From a bacterium (GTDB lineage: Bacteria; UBA8248): a DNA stretch of 64,000 nt. The stretch is taken from NCBI GenBank assembly GCA_965207065.1, contig OZ242260.1:768001-832000 (forward strand), in the 5' to 3' direction. The notes beneath the pieces were generated by a model, which saw only the letters and a program-made list of their open reading frames with translations, was not told where the DNA came from and did no database searches. Below, piece by piece: positions 49,515 to 60,046 of this stretch (position 1 is its first letter; each line of letters starts with the position of its first letter). Made by a program: the position numbers and the translations under genes.

Positions 49515-52112
49515 CTATGCGCCCACCTCTTGGGGTTTCTCCGTCTTGCGCACCTGAATCTCCACCCCCTGGCGGCCTGTCGCGCCGACAGCGTTGAGGA
49601 CCGAGCCCCCGTGCGCGCGCAAAAAACCCTCCGGCGCGAAGGCGACGCCCACCGGCGCGTTCTTGTCTACGTGTGCGGGAAGCTGAACGACCTCGCCGCC
49701 CACTTCGAATTCCACGAGTTCACCTTCCGCGAGGCCCAGGCTCTCCGCATCGCTCGGCGACAGGGCGAGGGCGGCGGCCGGCATATCGGCCAGATGATAG
49801 GCCGAGGCCGCATAAGCGCCCGAGAGCCACAAGACGGGCGTCAGCAGCATCCTCAAGCCCGGCTCCTGCGCCTCTTTCTCTGGGATCTGCGCGAGCTGAT
49901 AGGCGCGCCGCCCCTCTCGTCTTAAATGCAGCCCCTCATCGGGAACCCGGCCGAAGGCGTCCGCGTAATCACTGATGAGCGAGCGCGCCTGAATCCGTAT
50001 CTTGTCCAGCGAATTCGCCCGCAAGGGCCGCTCCATCGCTTTGGCGATATCGGCGAAGGCCCGCCAGGCGTCGGGGACCATCTTGTCGATCATCGGCTTG
50101 AGCGCGCGCGGGAGAGACTGCGCCCTGCGCTCCAGGTTCGTGACGCTGCCCGTTTCCTCATACAGCGTGGGTGCGGGGATCACGACGTCCGCGTATTCCG
50201 TACTGGCGTTCAAGTGGGATGCCTGCACGACGACGAAATCGGCCTTTTCCAGCGCCTCTCTCGCCCGCGCGCCGTCGGGATGCTCGCCTACGGGGTCGCT
50301 GCCCAGAATATAAAGTCCCTTGAGTTCACCGCTCACGAGGCCGCCTAAGATGCCGTTCGCGTCCTTGCCGGCTTGCGCGCCGGGCGGCCTCCCCCACGCT
50401 TCCCCGCAGGCGGAACGCGCCGCTTCATCCGACAAATCGCCGCCGGGCAGGGCTTCGGGGTGCAGGCCCATGTCGATTGCGCCCTGTAAGTTCGGCGCGC
50501 CGGCCGCGAAGAGCATATTGGCGCGGAGCAACAGTCCCAGATTGATCGCCTCCGAAACAGCGACCTTCCCCGTCTCTCCGGGCCCTGAGAGGATGCTCAC
50601 GGGGCCATCGGCCACCTGAATCGCCCGGGCGGCGGCCATGAGGTCATCGGGCGGCACGTCCGCCTCTTCGCACAGGGGTTCCAAGTCCACGGAATCGATG
50701 AGCGCGGCGTATTCTTCCGCGTTCTCTCCCTCGGGCTTCACTCCGTCGTCCACGAGGTAAGTCGCCAGCGCGCGCAGCGTGCGCGAGATGCCTCCCAGCA
50801 CCGGCACCAGATGATGCACCCTGCCCTGAACACGAAGATCGATGCGCCTTTGGTTCACGTTGACGATAACGGCGCCCGCCCGGTGCGCCTTTCTGATCTG
50901 AAGCGCGAGTATGGGGTGCTGCGTGAACGGGTCGCTCCCCACGATAATGACGGCCTTCGAGCGCCCCAGCTCCTCGATGGAGCCCGCACCGCCCACGCCG
51001 CCCAGGGCGGCGCTTTGCAAGTCCGTCTGCACGATGTCGCGCGGATGAATCCGGCTGTCCAGGTGGTTGGTTCCCAGGACCGAGCGCATGAAGGCGCCGA
51101 ACTGATAGGCAGTCTCGTTCGTGGAAGAGGCGCCGCCCAGACCGGCGATTGCGCCGCCGCCAGACTGCTCCATGAGCGCGCCCAAGCCTCTCGCCGCCTC
51201 GCCGACCGCCTCCGCCCAGCCGACGGGCGTCAGTTCGCCGTCTTTTCTGATCATCGGCTGTGTGATGCGCCCCTCGCCGTGCGCCCCGCTCCAGCCGTAG
51301 CGCGCGACGTCGCAAATCCATGTGTCGTTGATTCTTTCGTTCTCAGCCGCTGTGACGCGTTTGATCTCGCCGTCCTTCGTCCAGACGCCCTGGCGGCAGC
51401 CCACGCTGCAGAGGGTGCAGGGACCCTGGGTTTCCCCCATCTCCCACACGCGCGCGGTGAAGCGGTATTTGTTGTCCGTGAGCGCGCCCACGGGGCAGAT
51501 GTCGATGACGTTGCCCGAGACGACGCTCGTCATGGGCAGGTCCTCATAGACCCCCACCTCGGTGCGGTCGCCGCGCTGCGCCCAGCCGAATTCCGCTCCG
51601 CCGTCGATCTCCTCGGTGAAGCGGATGCACCGGGTGCAGTGCACGCAGCGGTTCATCTCGGGCTTGATGAAGGCGCTGATCTCCTTTTGTGGATAAATAC
51701 GTCTGAACTCGTGCGTCCTGCTGATCGCCTTGCCGTAGGCCATGGTCTGATCCTGCAAGGGGCACTCGCCGCCCTGATCGCACACCGGACAATCGAGCGG
51801 GTGGTTCTTGAGCAGAAATTCGAACACGCCTTCCTGCGCCTCGATGACGCGCGGGGTCACGGAACTCACCACCATGCCCTCGGCCGCCGGCGTGGCGCAG
51901 GAGGCTTGGAGTTTGGGTATCGGCCGGCCGTTTCCGGCGTCGAGCACTTCCACGAGACAGGCCCGGCACTGGCCCACGATGGAGAGGTTCTTGTGGTAGC
52001 AAAAATGCGGAACGTGCGCGCCGATGCGGAGCGCAGCCTCCAGGACGGGCAGGCCCTTGTCCATCGTGATGCTCTGATCGTTGAATACGAATGTTACCTG
52101 CTCATTCGACAT
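49515..52112 (-). CDS. nuoG: NADH-quinone oxidoreductase subunit G
   Basis: CYH..GQCRAC, HPLDCPVCDQGGEC, CVHCTRC, and the CTLCSVGC (N7) motif. Confidence 0.95.
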   Translation of the reverse strand: MSNEQVTFVFNDQSITMDKGLPVLEAALRIGAHVPHFCYHKNLSIVGQCRACLVEVLDAGNGRPIPKLQASCATPAAEGMVVSSVTPRVIEAQEGVFEFLLKNHPLDCPVCDQGGECPLQDQTMAYGKAISRTHEFRRIYPQKEISAFIKPEMNRCVHCTRCIRFTEEIDGGAEFGWAQRGDRTEVGVYEDLPMTSVVSGNVIDICPVGALTDNKYRFTARVWEMGETQGPCTLCSVGCRQGVWTKDGEIKRVTAAENERINDTWICDVARYGWSGAHGEGRITQPMIRKDGELTPVGWAEAVGEAARGLGALMEQSGGGAIAGLGGASSTNETAYQFGAFMRSVLGTNHLDSRIHPRDIVQTDLQSAALGGVGGAGSIEELGRSKAVIIVGSDPFTQHPILALQIRKAHRAGAVIVNVNQRRIDLRVQGRVHHLVPVLGGISRTLRALATYLVDDGVKPEGENAEEYAALIDSVDLEPLCEEADVPPDDLMAAARAIQVADGPVSILSGPGETGKVAVSEAINLGLLLRANMLFAAGAPNLQGAIDMGLHPEALPGGDLSDEAARSACGEAWGRPPGAQAGKDANGILGGLVSGELKGLYILGSDPVGEHPDGARAREALEKADFVVVQASHLNASTEYADVVIPAPTLYEETGSVTNLERRAQSLPRALKPMIDKMVPDAWRAFADIAKAMERPLRANSLDKIRIQARSLISDYADAFGRVPDEGLHLRREGRRAYQLAQIPEKEAQEPGLRMLLTPVLWLSGAYAASAYHLADMPAAALALSPSDAESLGLAEGELVEFEVGGEVVQLPAHVDKNAPVGVAFAPEGFLRAHGGSVLNAVGATGRQGVEIQVRKTEKPQEVGA

Positions 52113-52129
52113 CTATCGCCTCTCCCCCA

Positions 52130-53434
52130 TCACATCGCGGCGGGATACGGGCTGCCCAGCGGACAGCGGCCCAGAGAGATGTGCGCCTCGAATTCATCGT
52201 GAAATTTCGTCAGGAACGCGCCGAACATCATGGCGCATGCATCAGACAACACGCAGATGGTGTTGCCGCGCATGTTGGGGTCTATCGAGGCGAGCGTATC
52301 CAGATCGTCGGGAACTCCCTCGCCCCGCTCCATGCGCGCCAGAATCTCGGACACCCAGCCGGTCCCCTCCCGGCAGACCGAGCACTGCCCGCAGGATTCG
52401 TGCTCGAAAAAGGCGGCGAGCCTGCCCGCTGCCTGCACCATGCACGTCGTTTCGTCCATGACGATGACCCCCCCGCTGCCGCCCATGCTGCCCGCCTTGG
52501 CCAGGGAGTCGAAATCCATCGTCACCTTGTCTTCATATACTTCCTTTGCGGTGAGGGCGGGCGCGCTCGCGCCGCCGGGTATCACCGCTTTTAGGGCAGC
52601 CCCGTTCCGCATGCCGCCGCAGTGCTCGTGAATCATCTCCTCGCACGTGAGGCCGAGCGGGAGTTCATACAGGCCCGGCTTCGCCACGTGGCCCGAGACG
52701 CAGTACATGCGGGTGCCCGAGTTCTTCTCATCGATTCCGATGCCGGCGAACCACTCCGCCCCCTTGTTCACGATGTGGGGGAGATTCGCGAGGGTCTCCA
52801 CGTTGTTGATGACCGTGGGCCGCGCATACAGGCCGATCACCGCGGGAAACGGTGGCTTCAAGCGCGGGTGTCCGCGCTTGCCCTCGAGCGATTCCAGAAG
52901 ACCCGTCTCCTCGCCGCAAATGTAGGCGCCCGCGCCGCGGTGGGTGTAGATATCGCACGAAAAACCGCTGCCCATGATGTTTTGGCCGATGTAGCCCTTC
53001 TCGTATGCCTCTGCCAGGGCCTTCTCCACCGCGCGCCAGGGAGCGACGAACTCGCCGCGGATGTAGATGTAGGCCTTCTCGATGCCCACGGCGTAGCAGG
53101 CGATGAGGATGCCCTCGATAAGCTGGTGCGGGTCGCGCAGCATGAGTTCGCGGTCCTTGAACGTGCCGGGTTCTCCCTCGTCCGCGTTGACGGCAAGGTA
53201 TTTCGGCCCGTCCACCTGGGGCACGAAGCTCCACTTCAGGCCGCAGGGGAACCCCGCGCCGCCGCGCCCGCGCAGGCCCGAGGACTTCACGAGTTCAATG
53301 ACGTCTGTGGGTTCGACGCCGCCCAGGAGCTTCCGCATCGCCTCATAACCGCCCGTGGCTTCATAGCCGGCGATATGGGGCGCGTCGGGGTTGTCGAACC
53401 GGCCCGTCACGATTTTCTCTAATACCAACGCCAT
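52130..53434 (-). CDS. nuoF: NADH-quinone oxidoreductase subunit F
   Basis: GRGGAGF, NADEGEPGTFKDR, GAYICGEET, ESCGQCSVCREG; ATG at 53434. Confidence 0.96.
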   Translation of the reverse strand: MALVLEKIVTGRFDNPDAPHIAGYEATGGYEAMRKLLGGVEPTDVIELVKSSGLRGRGGAGFPCGLKWSFVPQVDGPKYLAVNADEGEPGTFKDRELMLRDPHQLIEGILIACYAVGIEKAYIYIRGEFVAPWRAVEKALAEAYEKGYIGQNIMGSGFSCDIYTHRGAGAYICGEETGLLESLEGKRGHPRLKPPFPAVIGLYARPTVINNVETLANLPHIVNKGAEWFAGIGIDEKNSGTRMYCVSGHVAKPGLYELPLGLTCEEMIHEHCGGMRNGAALKAVIPGGASAPALTAKEVYEDKVTMDFDSLAKAGSMGGSGGVIVMDETTCMVQAAGRLAAFFEHESCGQCSVCREGTGWVSEILARMERGEGVPDDLDTLASIDPNMRGNTICVLSDACAMMFGAFLTKFHDEFEAHISLGRCPLGSPYPAAM

Positions 53435-53436
53435 CT

Positions 53437-54045
53437 TCAGACTCCTCGGCCCTGGCCTTCGCCGTCTGTTTCTTCGGCGCCTGCCAGGGCGGGCGACGCG
53501 ACTTCGTCCGCCCCGATGGGCGAGACGGACTCGCCATTTTCCAGCACGCTCAGGATATCGTTCATAATCTCGGGTGTTACGCGCTCGAAGTAGTCTTCGT
53601 TCACCTGCACGCAGGGAGCGCCGCCGCAGGCGCCCAGGCACTCGACCGCCTCGATCGAGAACTTCCCGTCCTCGCGCGTGTGGCCGGTGCGGCAATCCAG
53701 GCGGTTTTCGATATCGCGCAGCAGCCTGCCCGCTCCCATGAGGGCGCAGGAGAGGTTGTTGCACACCTGTACGTGGTACTCGCCGATAGGCTGGGTCTTG
53801 AGCATGGTGTAGAAGCTCACCACGCCCCACACCTCCATGGGGGAGACCTCGAAAATCTCGGCCACGTGCTGCATCACCGCGCTGGTGATGAAGCCCTCCT
53901 GCTCCTGGGCCAACTGGAGCGCGGGGATGAGGGCCGAGCGCTTTACCGGATACTTGGCGATGATGCGCTCTAATTCCGCGCGGTTCTCGGGCGAGAACTC
54001 GAAGCGTTCTTCCTGCCCGGAATGGGGAAACCGTATCAACGCCAA
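53437..54045 (-). CDS. nuoE: NADH-quinone oxidoreductase subunit E
   Basis: VCNNLSC and ECLGAC [2Fe-2S] motifs. Confidence 0.95.
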   Translation of the reverse strand: MALIRFPHSGQEERFEFSPENRAELERIIAKYPVKRSALIPALQLAQEQEGFITSAVMQHVAEIFEVSPMEVWGVVSFYTMLKTQPIGEYHVQVCNNLSCALMGAGRLLRDIENRLDCRTGHTREDGKFSIEAVECLGACGGAPCVQVNEDYFERVTPEIMNDILSVLENGESVSPIGADEVASPALAGAEETDGEGQGRGV

Positions 54046-54069
54046 AACGAGGCCATCCTCTATTTTACT

Positions 54070-55293
54070 CTAGCGATCTATCTCGCCCAAAACGATGTCG
54101 ATGCTGCCGATGGCGGCCACGACGTCGCCCATCAGCCCGCCCCGGGTGATCTCGGAGAGCGCGTGAAGATTCGCGAAACTAGGCGCGCGCACTTTTACCT
54201 TATAAGGACCGGGACTGCCATCGCTGATCATGTAATAGCCAAGCTCTCCCCGGGGGGATTCGATGGCCTGATACACCTCGCCCTCGGGCACGCTGTAGCC
54301 TTCGGTGAATATCTTGAAGTGGTGGATCAGCGCTTCCATGTCGTGGGCCAGCTGCTCCTTGGGCGGCGGCACCACCTTGGGGTTGTCCGCCATGAGGGGA
54401 CCCTCGGGCATTCCTTCGAGCGCCTGCATGGCGATGCGCCGGGACTCGCGCATCTCCGCGATTCGCACCAGATACCTGTCCAGAATATCGCCCCGCTCGC
54501 CCACGGGCACCTCGAAGTCGAATTCCTCATAGCCCGAGTAGGGCTCGTTCTTCCGGATGTCATACGCAACGCCGCAGGCTCTGAGCAACGGCCCCGTGAT
54601 GCCGAGCGCATAGGCCTCATCGGCCGTCATGGCGCAAACGCCCTCCGCGCGGCGTCTGTAGATGGGGTTGTTCGTGAGAAGTTCTTCATACTCGTCCACG
54701 CGGTCAGAGAAGGGTTCAAGAAACGCCCGGCAATCCTCGTAAAACGTCGGGTAGGGCTCGCGCGCGACGCCGCCCACGCGGAAATAGCTCGTCATCATGC
54801 GGACGCCGGCGACTTTCTCGAAAATCTTCAAGAGCTGCTCGCGCTCCCGGAAGCAATAGAGAAAGACCGTCATCGCGCCCAGATCGAGCGCGTGGGTGCC
54901 CAGCCAGACGAGGTGGCTGTTCAGGCGCGTCATCTCGGCGAGCAGAACGCGAAGATACTTGCAGCGGCGGGGAACCTCCATATCCAGGAGCTTCTCCACG
55001 GCCAGCACGAAGCCGAGGTTGTTCGACATGGGCGCCAGGTAATCCATGCGGTCGGTCATGGGGAGGGCCTTGTTGTAGGTTCTCTCCTCCATGTTCTTCT
55101 CGATGCCGGTATGCAGGTAGCCGATGATGGGCTTGCACGTGAGCACCGTCTCGCCGTCGAGCTCGAGCACCACGCGCAGAACACCGTGGGTGCTCGGATG
55201 CTGCGGCCCCATGTTGAGCGTCATGGTCTCGGTCTGGATGGGACCGAGCATGTCGCTGTCGAGTGGGTCCGTGCTTTGCGCTTGCGTGGCCAT
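54070..55293 (-). CDS. nuoD: NADH-quinone oxidoreductase subunit D (cluster 1)
   Basis: NMGPQHPSTHGVLR, MEALIHHFK, DIVLGEIDR. Confidence 0.96.
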   Translation of the reverse strand: MATQAQSTDPLDSDMLGPIQTETMTLNMGPQHPSTHGVLRVVLELDGETVLTCKPIIGYLHTGIEKNMEERTYNKALPMTDRMDYLAPMSNNLGFVLAVEKLLDMEVPRRCKYLRVLLAEMTRLNSHLVWLGTHALDLGAMTVFLYCFREREQLLKIFEKVAGVRMMTSYFRVGGVAREPYPTFYEDCRAFLEPFSDRVDEYEELLTNNPIYRRRAEGVCAMTADEAYALGITGPLLRACGVAYDIRKNEPYSGYEEFDFEVPVGERGDILDRYLVRIAEMRESRRIAMQALEGMPEGPLMADNPKVVPPPKEQLAHDMEALIHHFKIFTEGYSVPEGEVYQAIESPRGELGYYMISDGSPGPYKVKVRAPSFANLHALSEITRGGLMGDVVAAIGSIDIVLGEIDR

Positions 55294-55311
55294 CAATGGC
55301 TCCCGTGATCC

Positions 55312-55884
55312 TTATTCCGCCGCCCTGGGCTTGCCGGCAGGCGTATCCCTGAACGTGAACGCCACCGGCTCGGCGGAGATGTCGAAATCCTTGCGGTGGG
55401 GGTGCCCCTCGAATCCCTCGGGTGTGAGGATGCGCTCGAGGTCGGGGTGCCCCTCGAAGGTGATTCCCAACAGGTCGTACGCCTCGCTCTCATGGAGCCT
55501 CGCGCCCGGCCATATTCCGCAGACGCTGGGCATCGCCGGTTCGAGATCATCCGCGCAGGGCGCTTCGAGGCGCAGCCGCCGCGATTTTTCGGGATTCAGG
55601 AGCGAATACGTCACCTTGAACCGGTAAGAAACCGGCAACTCCAGACAATCCACCCCGCAGACGAAGCTCAGCAGCTTGTAGCCTCTTTCACCGCGCAGAA
55701 AACGCGCCGCTTCGAGCAGGGCGTCCGGCGCGACCTGTGCGGATATCTGCCCGCGATGTTCCGTCGCTCCAAGGAAGCCGGCCCCGATTTTCGCCTGAAG
55801 CAAAACGAGGTCGGGGTCTTTCTTCTCGATCGGCTCCTCGGCCGGTTCTTCGACCTCCTCCTGCTCCCGTTCCTCTTCACTCAA
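55312..55884 (-). CDS. nuoC: NADH-quinone oxidoreductase subunit C (cluster 1)
   Basis: ESEAYDLLGITFEGHPDL, HPHRKDF. Confidence 0.94.
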   Translation of the reverse strand: MSEEEREQEEVEEPAEEPIEKKDPDLVLLQAKIGAGFLGATEHRGQISAQVAPDALLEAARFLRGERGYKLLSFVCGVDCLELPVSYRFKVTYSLLNPEKSRRLRLEAPCADDLEPAMPSVCGIWPGARLHESEAYDLLGITFEGHPDLERILTPEGFEGHPHRKDFDISAEPVAFTFRDTPAGKPRAAE

Positions 55885-55996
55885 CGGCTCAACCCCTCAT
55901 TCCACAAAGGTTTGTTTTACTTCACGAAAAAGCGCTCACCCCGCCCCTGAGTCGACTATCACAACTCACATGGCGTGGGGAGCCTTCTCACATCAT

Positions 55997-56494
55997 CTAA
56001 AGCGAGGTGACGCCGGAATCCTCTCGGTAGAGCGTTTCGTCCGCAATTTTCGCCTGCAGCTTCATGATCCCGTCGATGAGCGTTTCGGGGCGCGGCGGAC
56101 AGCCCGGCACGTAGATATCGACGGGCACGACCTCGTCCACGCCCTGCACGAGCGCGTAGTTGTTGAATATCCCGCCCGTGGACGCGCACGCGCCCATGGA
56201 GATCACCCATTTCGGCTCGGGCATCTGATCGTATATCTGCCGGAGCACGGGCGCCATCTTCCGCGATACCCGGCCCGCCACGATCATCAAATCCGCCTGT
56301 CGGGGCGAGGCGCGGAACACCTCGGCGCCGAAGCGCGAGATGTCGTATTTCGCAGCCGAAGTCGACATCATCTCGATGGCGCAGCAAGCCAGCCCGAAAA
56401 GCGCCGGCCACAGGCTGTTCTTACGCGCCCATTTGATGACGTCGGTCGCGCGGCCCAGCACCACCTGGCCTTCGAGTTGCTGTTCTAGTCCCAT
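55997..56494 (-). CDS. nuoB: NADH-quinone oxidoreductase subunit B (cluster 1)
   Basis: [28 protein letters not shown] at 56494. Confidence 0.95.
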   Translation of the reverse strand: MGLEQQLEGQVVLGRATDVIKWARKNSLWPALFGLACCAIEMMSTSAAKYDISRFGAEVFRASPRQADLMIVAGRVSRKMAPVLRQIYDQMPEPKWVISMGACASTGGIFNNYALVQGVDEVVPVDIYVPGCPPRPETLIDGIMKLQAKIADETLYREDSGVTSL

Positions 56495-56841
56495 TCGAGC
56501 GCTCCCCGGCGCCACTCGTATATCAGACTGGCCACCAGCAAAGCCATGAAAGGCAGAATCGCGATAAACCCGTATACGCCCAGGCTTTTCAGGTTCACCG
56601 CCCATGGAAACAGGAAGATGGTCTCCACGTCGAAAACGATGAACAATATCGCCACCAGAAAGAATTTCACGCTGAAACGTCCCCGCGCGTTCGATTCGGG
56701 CACGATGCCGCACTCGTAGGCGAAATCCTTCTCCACCGTGGACTTGCGCCTGCCCAGCAGGAACGTCACGCCCAGGTTCACGACGGCGAACCCGACCGCC
56801 AGCGCTATCAGAATCAATATGGGTATATATTCTTCCGGCAT
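56485..56841 (-). CDS. nuoA: NADH-quinone oxidoreductase subunit A (cluster 1)
   Basis: [24 protein letters not shown]. Confidence 0.95.
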   Translation of the reverse strand: MPEEYIPILILIALAVGFAVVNLGVTFLLGRRKSTVEKDFAYECGIVPESNARGRFSVKFFLVAILFIVFDVETIFLFPWAVNLKSLGVYGFIAILPFMALLVASLIYEWRRGALEWD

Positions 56842-57148
56842 TTCCCGCCCCCACGGCGCTCTAACACGCACTTTTTACTTATGCCACTTGGGATATCAAA
56901 TCGAGCGCATCTTACGGCTGGCATCCCGTGGTGTCAACAATTCGCCGCTCCATACGCCACAAACGGAAAACCGTCCCGGCTCCACAGGTCTCTCATTCCA
57001 CATCATGTCTCAATCGCGGGAATTTGTCATTTTCTTGCCCCTGAAAATAAGGTATTTTGTTCTTGCCGCCATCTGTCGCCCGGGAGAATGGCGCAACTGA
57101 ACGAAATCCCGGGACGTCCTTCCGCGCGCGGGCATGAGGGTTTGAGCC

Positions 57149-58279
57149 ATGAACGAACCGAATCCACTCACCAAGGCGCATCTCGACGCCTTGAGAAGCG
57201 AATTCGAGGAACTGAGCAGGCTCCAGGTGGGCTATCCCTGCAACCAGAGCTTCGATTACTCGGATTTGCTGCCCTTCATGGAATACAGCCTCAACAACGT
57301 GGGCGACCCCTTTCACGACAGCAATTTCCGCAGCAACACCCATGAGATCGAGCGCGAGGTCATCGCCCGCTTCGCCTCGTTGATGCGCCTGGAGCAGGAG
57401 CAGGCCTGGGGCTACGTCACCTCCGGCGGAACCGAGGGCAACATGTACGGCATCTACATGGGGCGCGAACTGTTCCCGGACGGGGTGGTCTATTTCTCCC
57501 AGGACACGCACTACAGCGTCCTCAAGATCCTGCGCGTGCTGAACGTGCGCAACATCATGATCAAGAGCAGCGAGAACGGAGAAATCGACTACGAGGACCT
57601 CCGCGAGACCATCCGCATCCACCGTGACGCGCCGGTCATCTTCATGGCGAACATCGGCTCCACAATGAAAGGCGCCATTGACGACGTGAGCAAGGTGCGC
57701 GCCATCCTGGACGATCTGGCTATCACGAACGCCTACATACACGCGGACGCCGCCTTAAGCGGCATGATCCTGCCCTTCGTCGACGACCCGCAGCCCTACG
57801 GCTTCGACGCCGGTTTCGACAGCGTCTCCATCAGCGGTCACAAGCTCATCGGCTGCCCGCTGCCCTGCGGCGTCGTGCTGACGAAGCGCGATTACGTGGC
57901 GCGCATCGCGCGCTCGATAGAGTACGTGGGCGTGCTCGACACCACGCTGCCCGGCTCGCGCAGCGGGCTTACGCCGCTCATGCTGTGGTACGCCTTCGAG
58001 CGCCTGGGGATGGACGGGTTCCGGGAACTCGTGAAGGAGATGCTGGCTGTCGCCGCGTACGCAGTCGAGAGCTTTGGCGAGTTCGGCATCCCTGCCTGGC
58101 GTCACAAGAACTCGGTGACGGTCGTTTTTCCGAGACCCCCGGCCGAGGTGATGCGCAAGTGGCAGATCGCGCCGCTGGGAGACATCGCCCACATCATCAC
58201 CATGCCGCACGTCACGCGCGAGATGGTGAACGAGTTCGTCGACGACTGCGTGAAGCATAAACACAGGCAAACGGCCTGA
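57149..58279 (+). CDS. hdc: PLP-dependent group II decarboxylase, histidine/serine decarboxylase clade
   Basis: GYP.N..FDY, NNVGDP, GGTEGN, THYS, HADAAL, SGHKLIGCPLPCG (PLP Lys). Confidence 0.8.
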   Translation: MNEPNPLTKAHLDALRSEFEELSRLQVGYPCNQSFDYSDLLPFMEYSLNNVGDPFHDSNFRSNTHEIEREVIARFASLMRLEQEQAWGYVTSGGTEGNMYGIYMGRELFPDGVVYFSQDTHYSVLKILRVLNVRNIMIKSSENGEIDYEDLRETIRIHRDAPVIFMANIGSTMKGAIDDVSKVRAILDDLAITNAYIHADAALSGMILPFVDDPQPYGFDAGFDSVSISGHKLIGCPLPCGVVLTKRDYVARIARSIEYVGVLDTTLPGSRSGLTPLMLWYAFERLGMDGFRELVKEMLAVAAYAVESFGEFGIPAWRHKNSVTVVFPRPPAEVMRKWQIAPLGDIAHIITMPHVTREMVNEFVDDCVKHKHRQTA

Positions 58280-58291
58280 GGAGGATTCTGG

Positions 58292-58684
58292 ATGAATCGA
58301 ATCATCATCACGGTGCGCGACGAGGTCGGCGTCATCGCGGATATCAGCAAGGCGCTGGCCGATGAATCCATCAATATCGAGGCGATCAACACCGAGGTCG
58401 CGGGCGAGAAAGGCGTCGTCATCCTCACCACGAACGAGCCCGACCGCGCCCTGCGCGTGCTCATGAACGCGGGCTTCCGCGCGATCTCGGACGAGGCGAC
58501 GGTCATCAGGCTGCGCGACGAGCCGGGCGCTCTCGCCAAGGTGGCGGAGAAATTCAAGGTCGCGGGCGTGAACATCCAGAGCATGCACATCCTGAACCGC
58601 CACGCCGGTTACGCGAACGTCGCCCTCACCGCGGATGACGACGCGAAGGCCAAGGTGCTGTTAGAAAACGAGGACGTTCTCTGA
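58292..58684 (+). CDS. ACT-domain protein (tandem ACT)
   Basis: DEVGVIADI..L....INIE and DEPGALAKV......VNIQ. Confidence 0.85.
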   Translation: MNRIIITVRDEVGVIADISKALADESINIEAINTEVAGEKGVVILTTNEPDRALRVLMNAGFRAISDEATVIRLRDEPGALAKVAEKFKVAGVNIQSMHILNRHAGYANVALTADDDAKAKVLLENEDVL

Positions 58685-58713
58685 GGATTCGCGTGAGGGG
58701 CATTCCCGGTTTT

Positions 58714-58871
58714 GTAGGGACAGGCCCCCGTGCCTGTCCGAGGCCGCGACCTGTCTTTAAGAGGTTGTGGGGTTTTGTTCTTCATTCCGGCGAAAGCCGG
58801 AATCCGGAACCGATCAGGAAAGAAAATCCAAAGGGCGGCCTCAAAATCACTCCACCCTTGAGGGGGAGTGA
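58714..58871. repeat. Cluster of three REP-like palindromes between convergent genes
   Basis: GTAG-GGACAGGC-CCCCGT-GCCTGTCC; ATTCCGGC-GAAA-GCCGGAAT; TCACTCCACCC-TTGA-GGGGGAGTGA. Confidence 0.65.
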
Positions 58872-58970
58872 ACCTCAAAAGCGTTCGCGCAACCAAAATT
58901 CGTTTCCCGGAAGTTTTTCAACAGCCTATTAAGGAAAAATGGGAAGGGAAACGCATCACCCCGGAAAACT

Positions 58971-59840
58971 TCACCCCGCCAGGATCAGAAGAACGATTCC
59001 CGCCAGGATCACCACGCCTCCCAGCATCGTTTCGCGGACGCGGTCACGCTCCTTGAAGAAAACGTAGCCGATACCGATGGCCAGGAGAATCTCGATCTGC
59101 TTCACCGATTCCACGTAGGAGGTGAGCGTGAGGCGGTAGGCCTCCGCCTGGGCGAGGCTCGTGATGAAGGCGAACAGCCCCAGGGATACGAAGCCTTTCC
59201 AGAGCCTGGGCGCGTGCTTAAAGTGCTCGGCGGATTTCCACAAGGTCAGCGGCAGCACGACGAGCGATGCCGCCGCATAGGTGGCGAACGTGCCGAAGGT
59301 GGCGTCTGAGAGCACCGCCGCCTGCTTGAAGGTGATCACCGAGGGCGCGTACAGCAGCGAGGCGAGCACGGTGTAGCGCATCCCCTTGTCGGTGAAGAGC
59401 GCGCGGACGGGCTCGAACCAGCCGATTCGCGCGCGAGAGACGTTCAGCCCGTAGACGCCTGCGAGGGTGACTAAAATACCCACGAGCCCCCAGGCCGAGG
59501 GCGCCTCGCCCAGCGTGATGAAAGCGAGCACCACCAGCCAGATGGTTGCGAGCTTCCACAGCGAGGTCACCACGCCCATCGAGCCGTACAGGAGCGCCTT
59601 CGAGAGCGCAAGCGTGGCCGAGGTCTGCAGGAAGCCGAAGAGGACGCAAAACCACCAGAAGCCGGGCTGTAACTCGGGCACGCCCCGCATCCACACCGCC
59701 ACGGCCGCGAAGGGGAGCAGGAACGCGAACCGCCCCAGCACGTTGATGTACTCATCGAGCTTGTGGCCGATAGATTTCATCGCCGCGTTTCTGAGCACCT
59801 GCGCGAGAGCCGCAATGACGGCGAGCGTCACCCAGTCCAT
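58971..59840 (-). CDS. EamA/DMT-family transporter
   Basis: 289 aa, about 10 TM segments in two repeats; LGE and FKE motifs. Confidence 0.8.
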   Translation of the reverse strand: MDWVTLAVIAALAQVLRNAAMKSIGHKLDEYINVLGRFAFLLPFAAVAVWMRGVPELQPGFWWFCVLFGFLQTSATLALSKALLYGSMGVVTSLWKLATIWLVVLAFITLGEAPSAWGLVGILVTLAGVYGLNVSRARIGWFEPVRALFTDKGMRYTVLASLLYAPSVITFKQAAVLSDATFGTFATYAAASLVVLPLTLWKSAEHFKHAPRLWKGFVSLGLFAFITSLAQAEAYRLTLTSYVESVKQIEILLAIGIGYVFFKERDRVRETMLGGVVILAGIVLLILAG

Positions 59841-60046
59841 GTCATTCTCCTATACTCCCTTGCCACGTGAAACCAGCGCCATTTCTACGCGCACTTTAGG
59901 CTTAAGTCCAACAGCGAGGGGTTTCCAGGCTCTTACGAAAGACGCCCTCCCAATGCGAAGTGAAATCCCTCTCCCGTCTGACACGGACTCGCGCGGTGTG
60001 CTAATCTGGCGATGCTGATTCTATCCCCGGAAAGGAGTTTTTTCTC

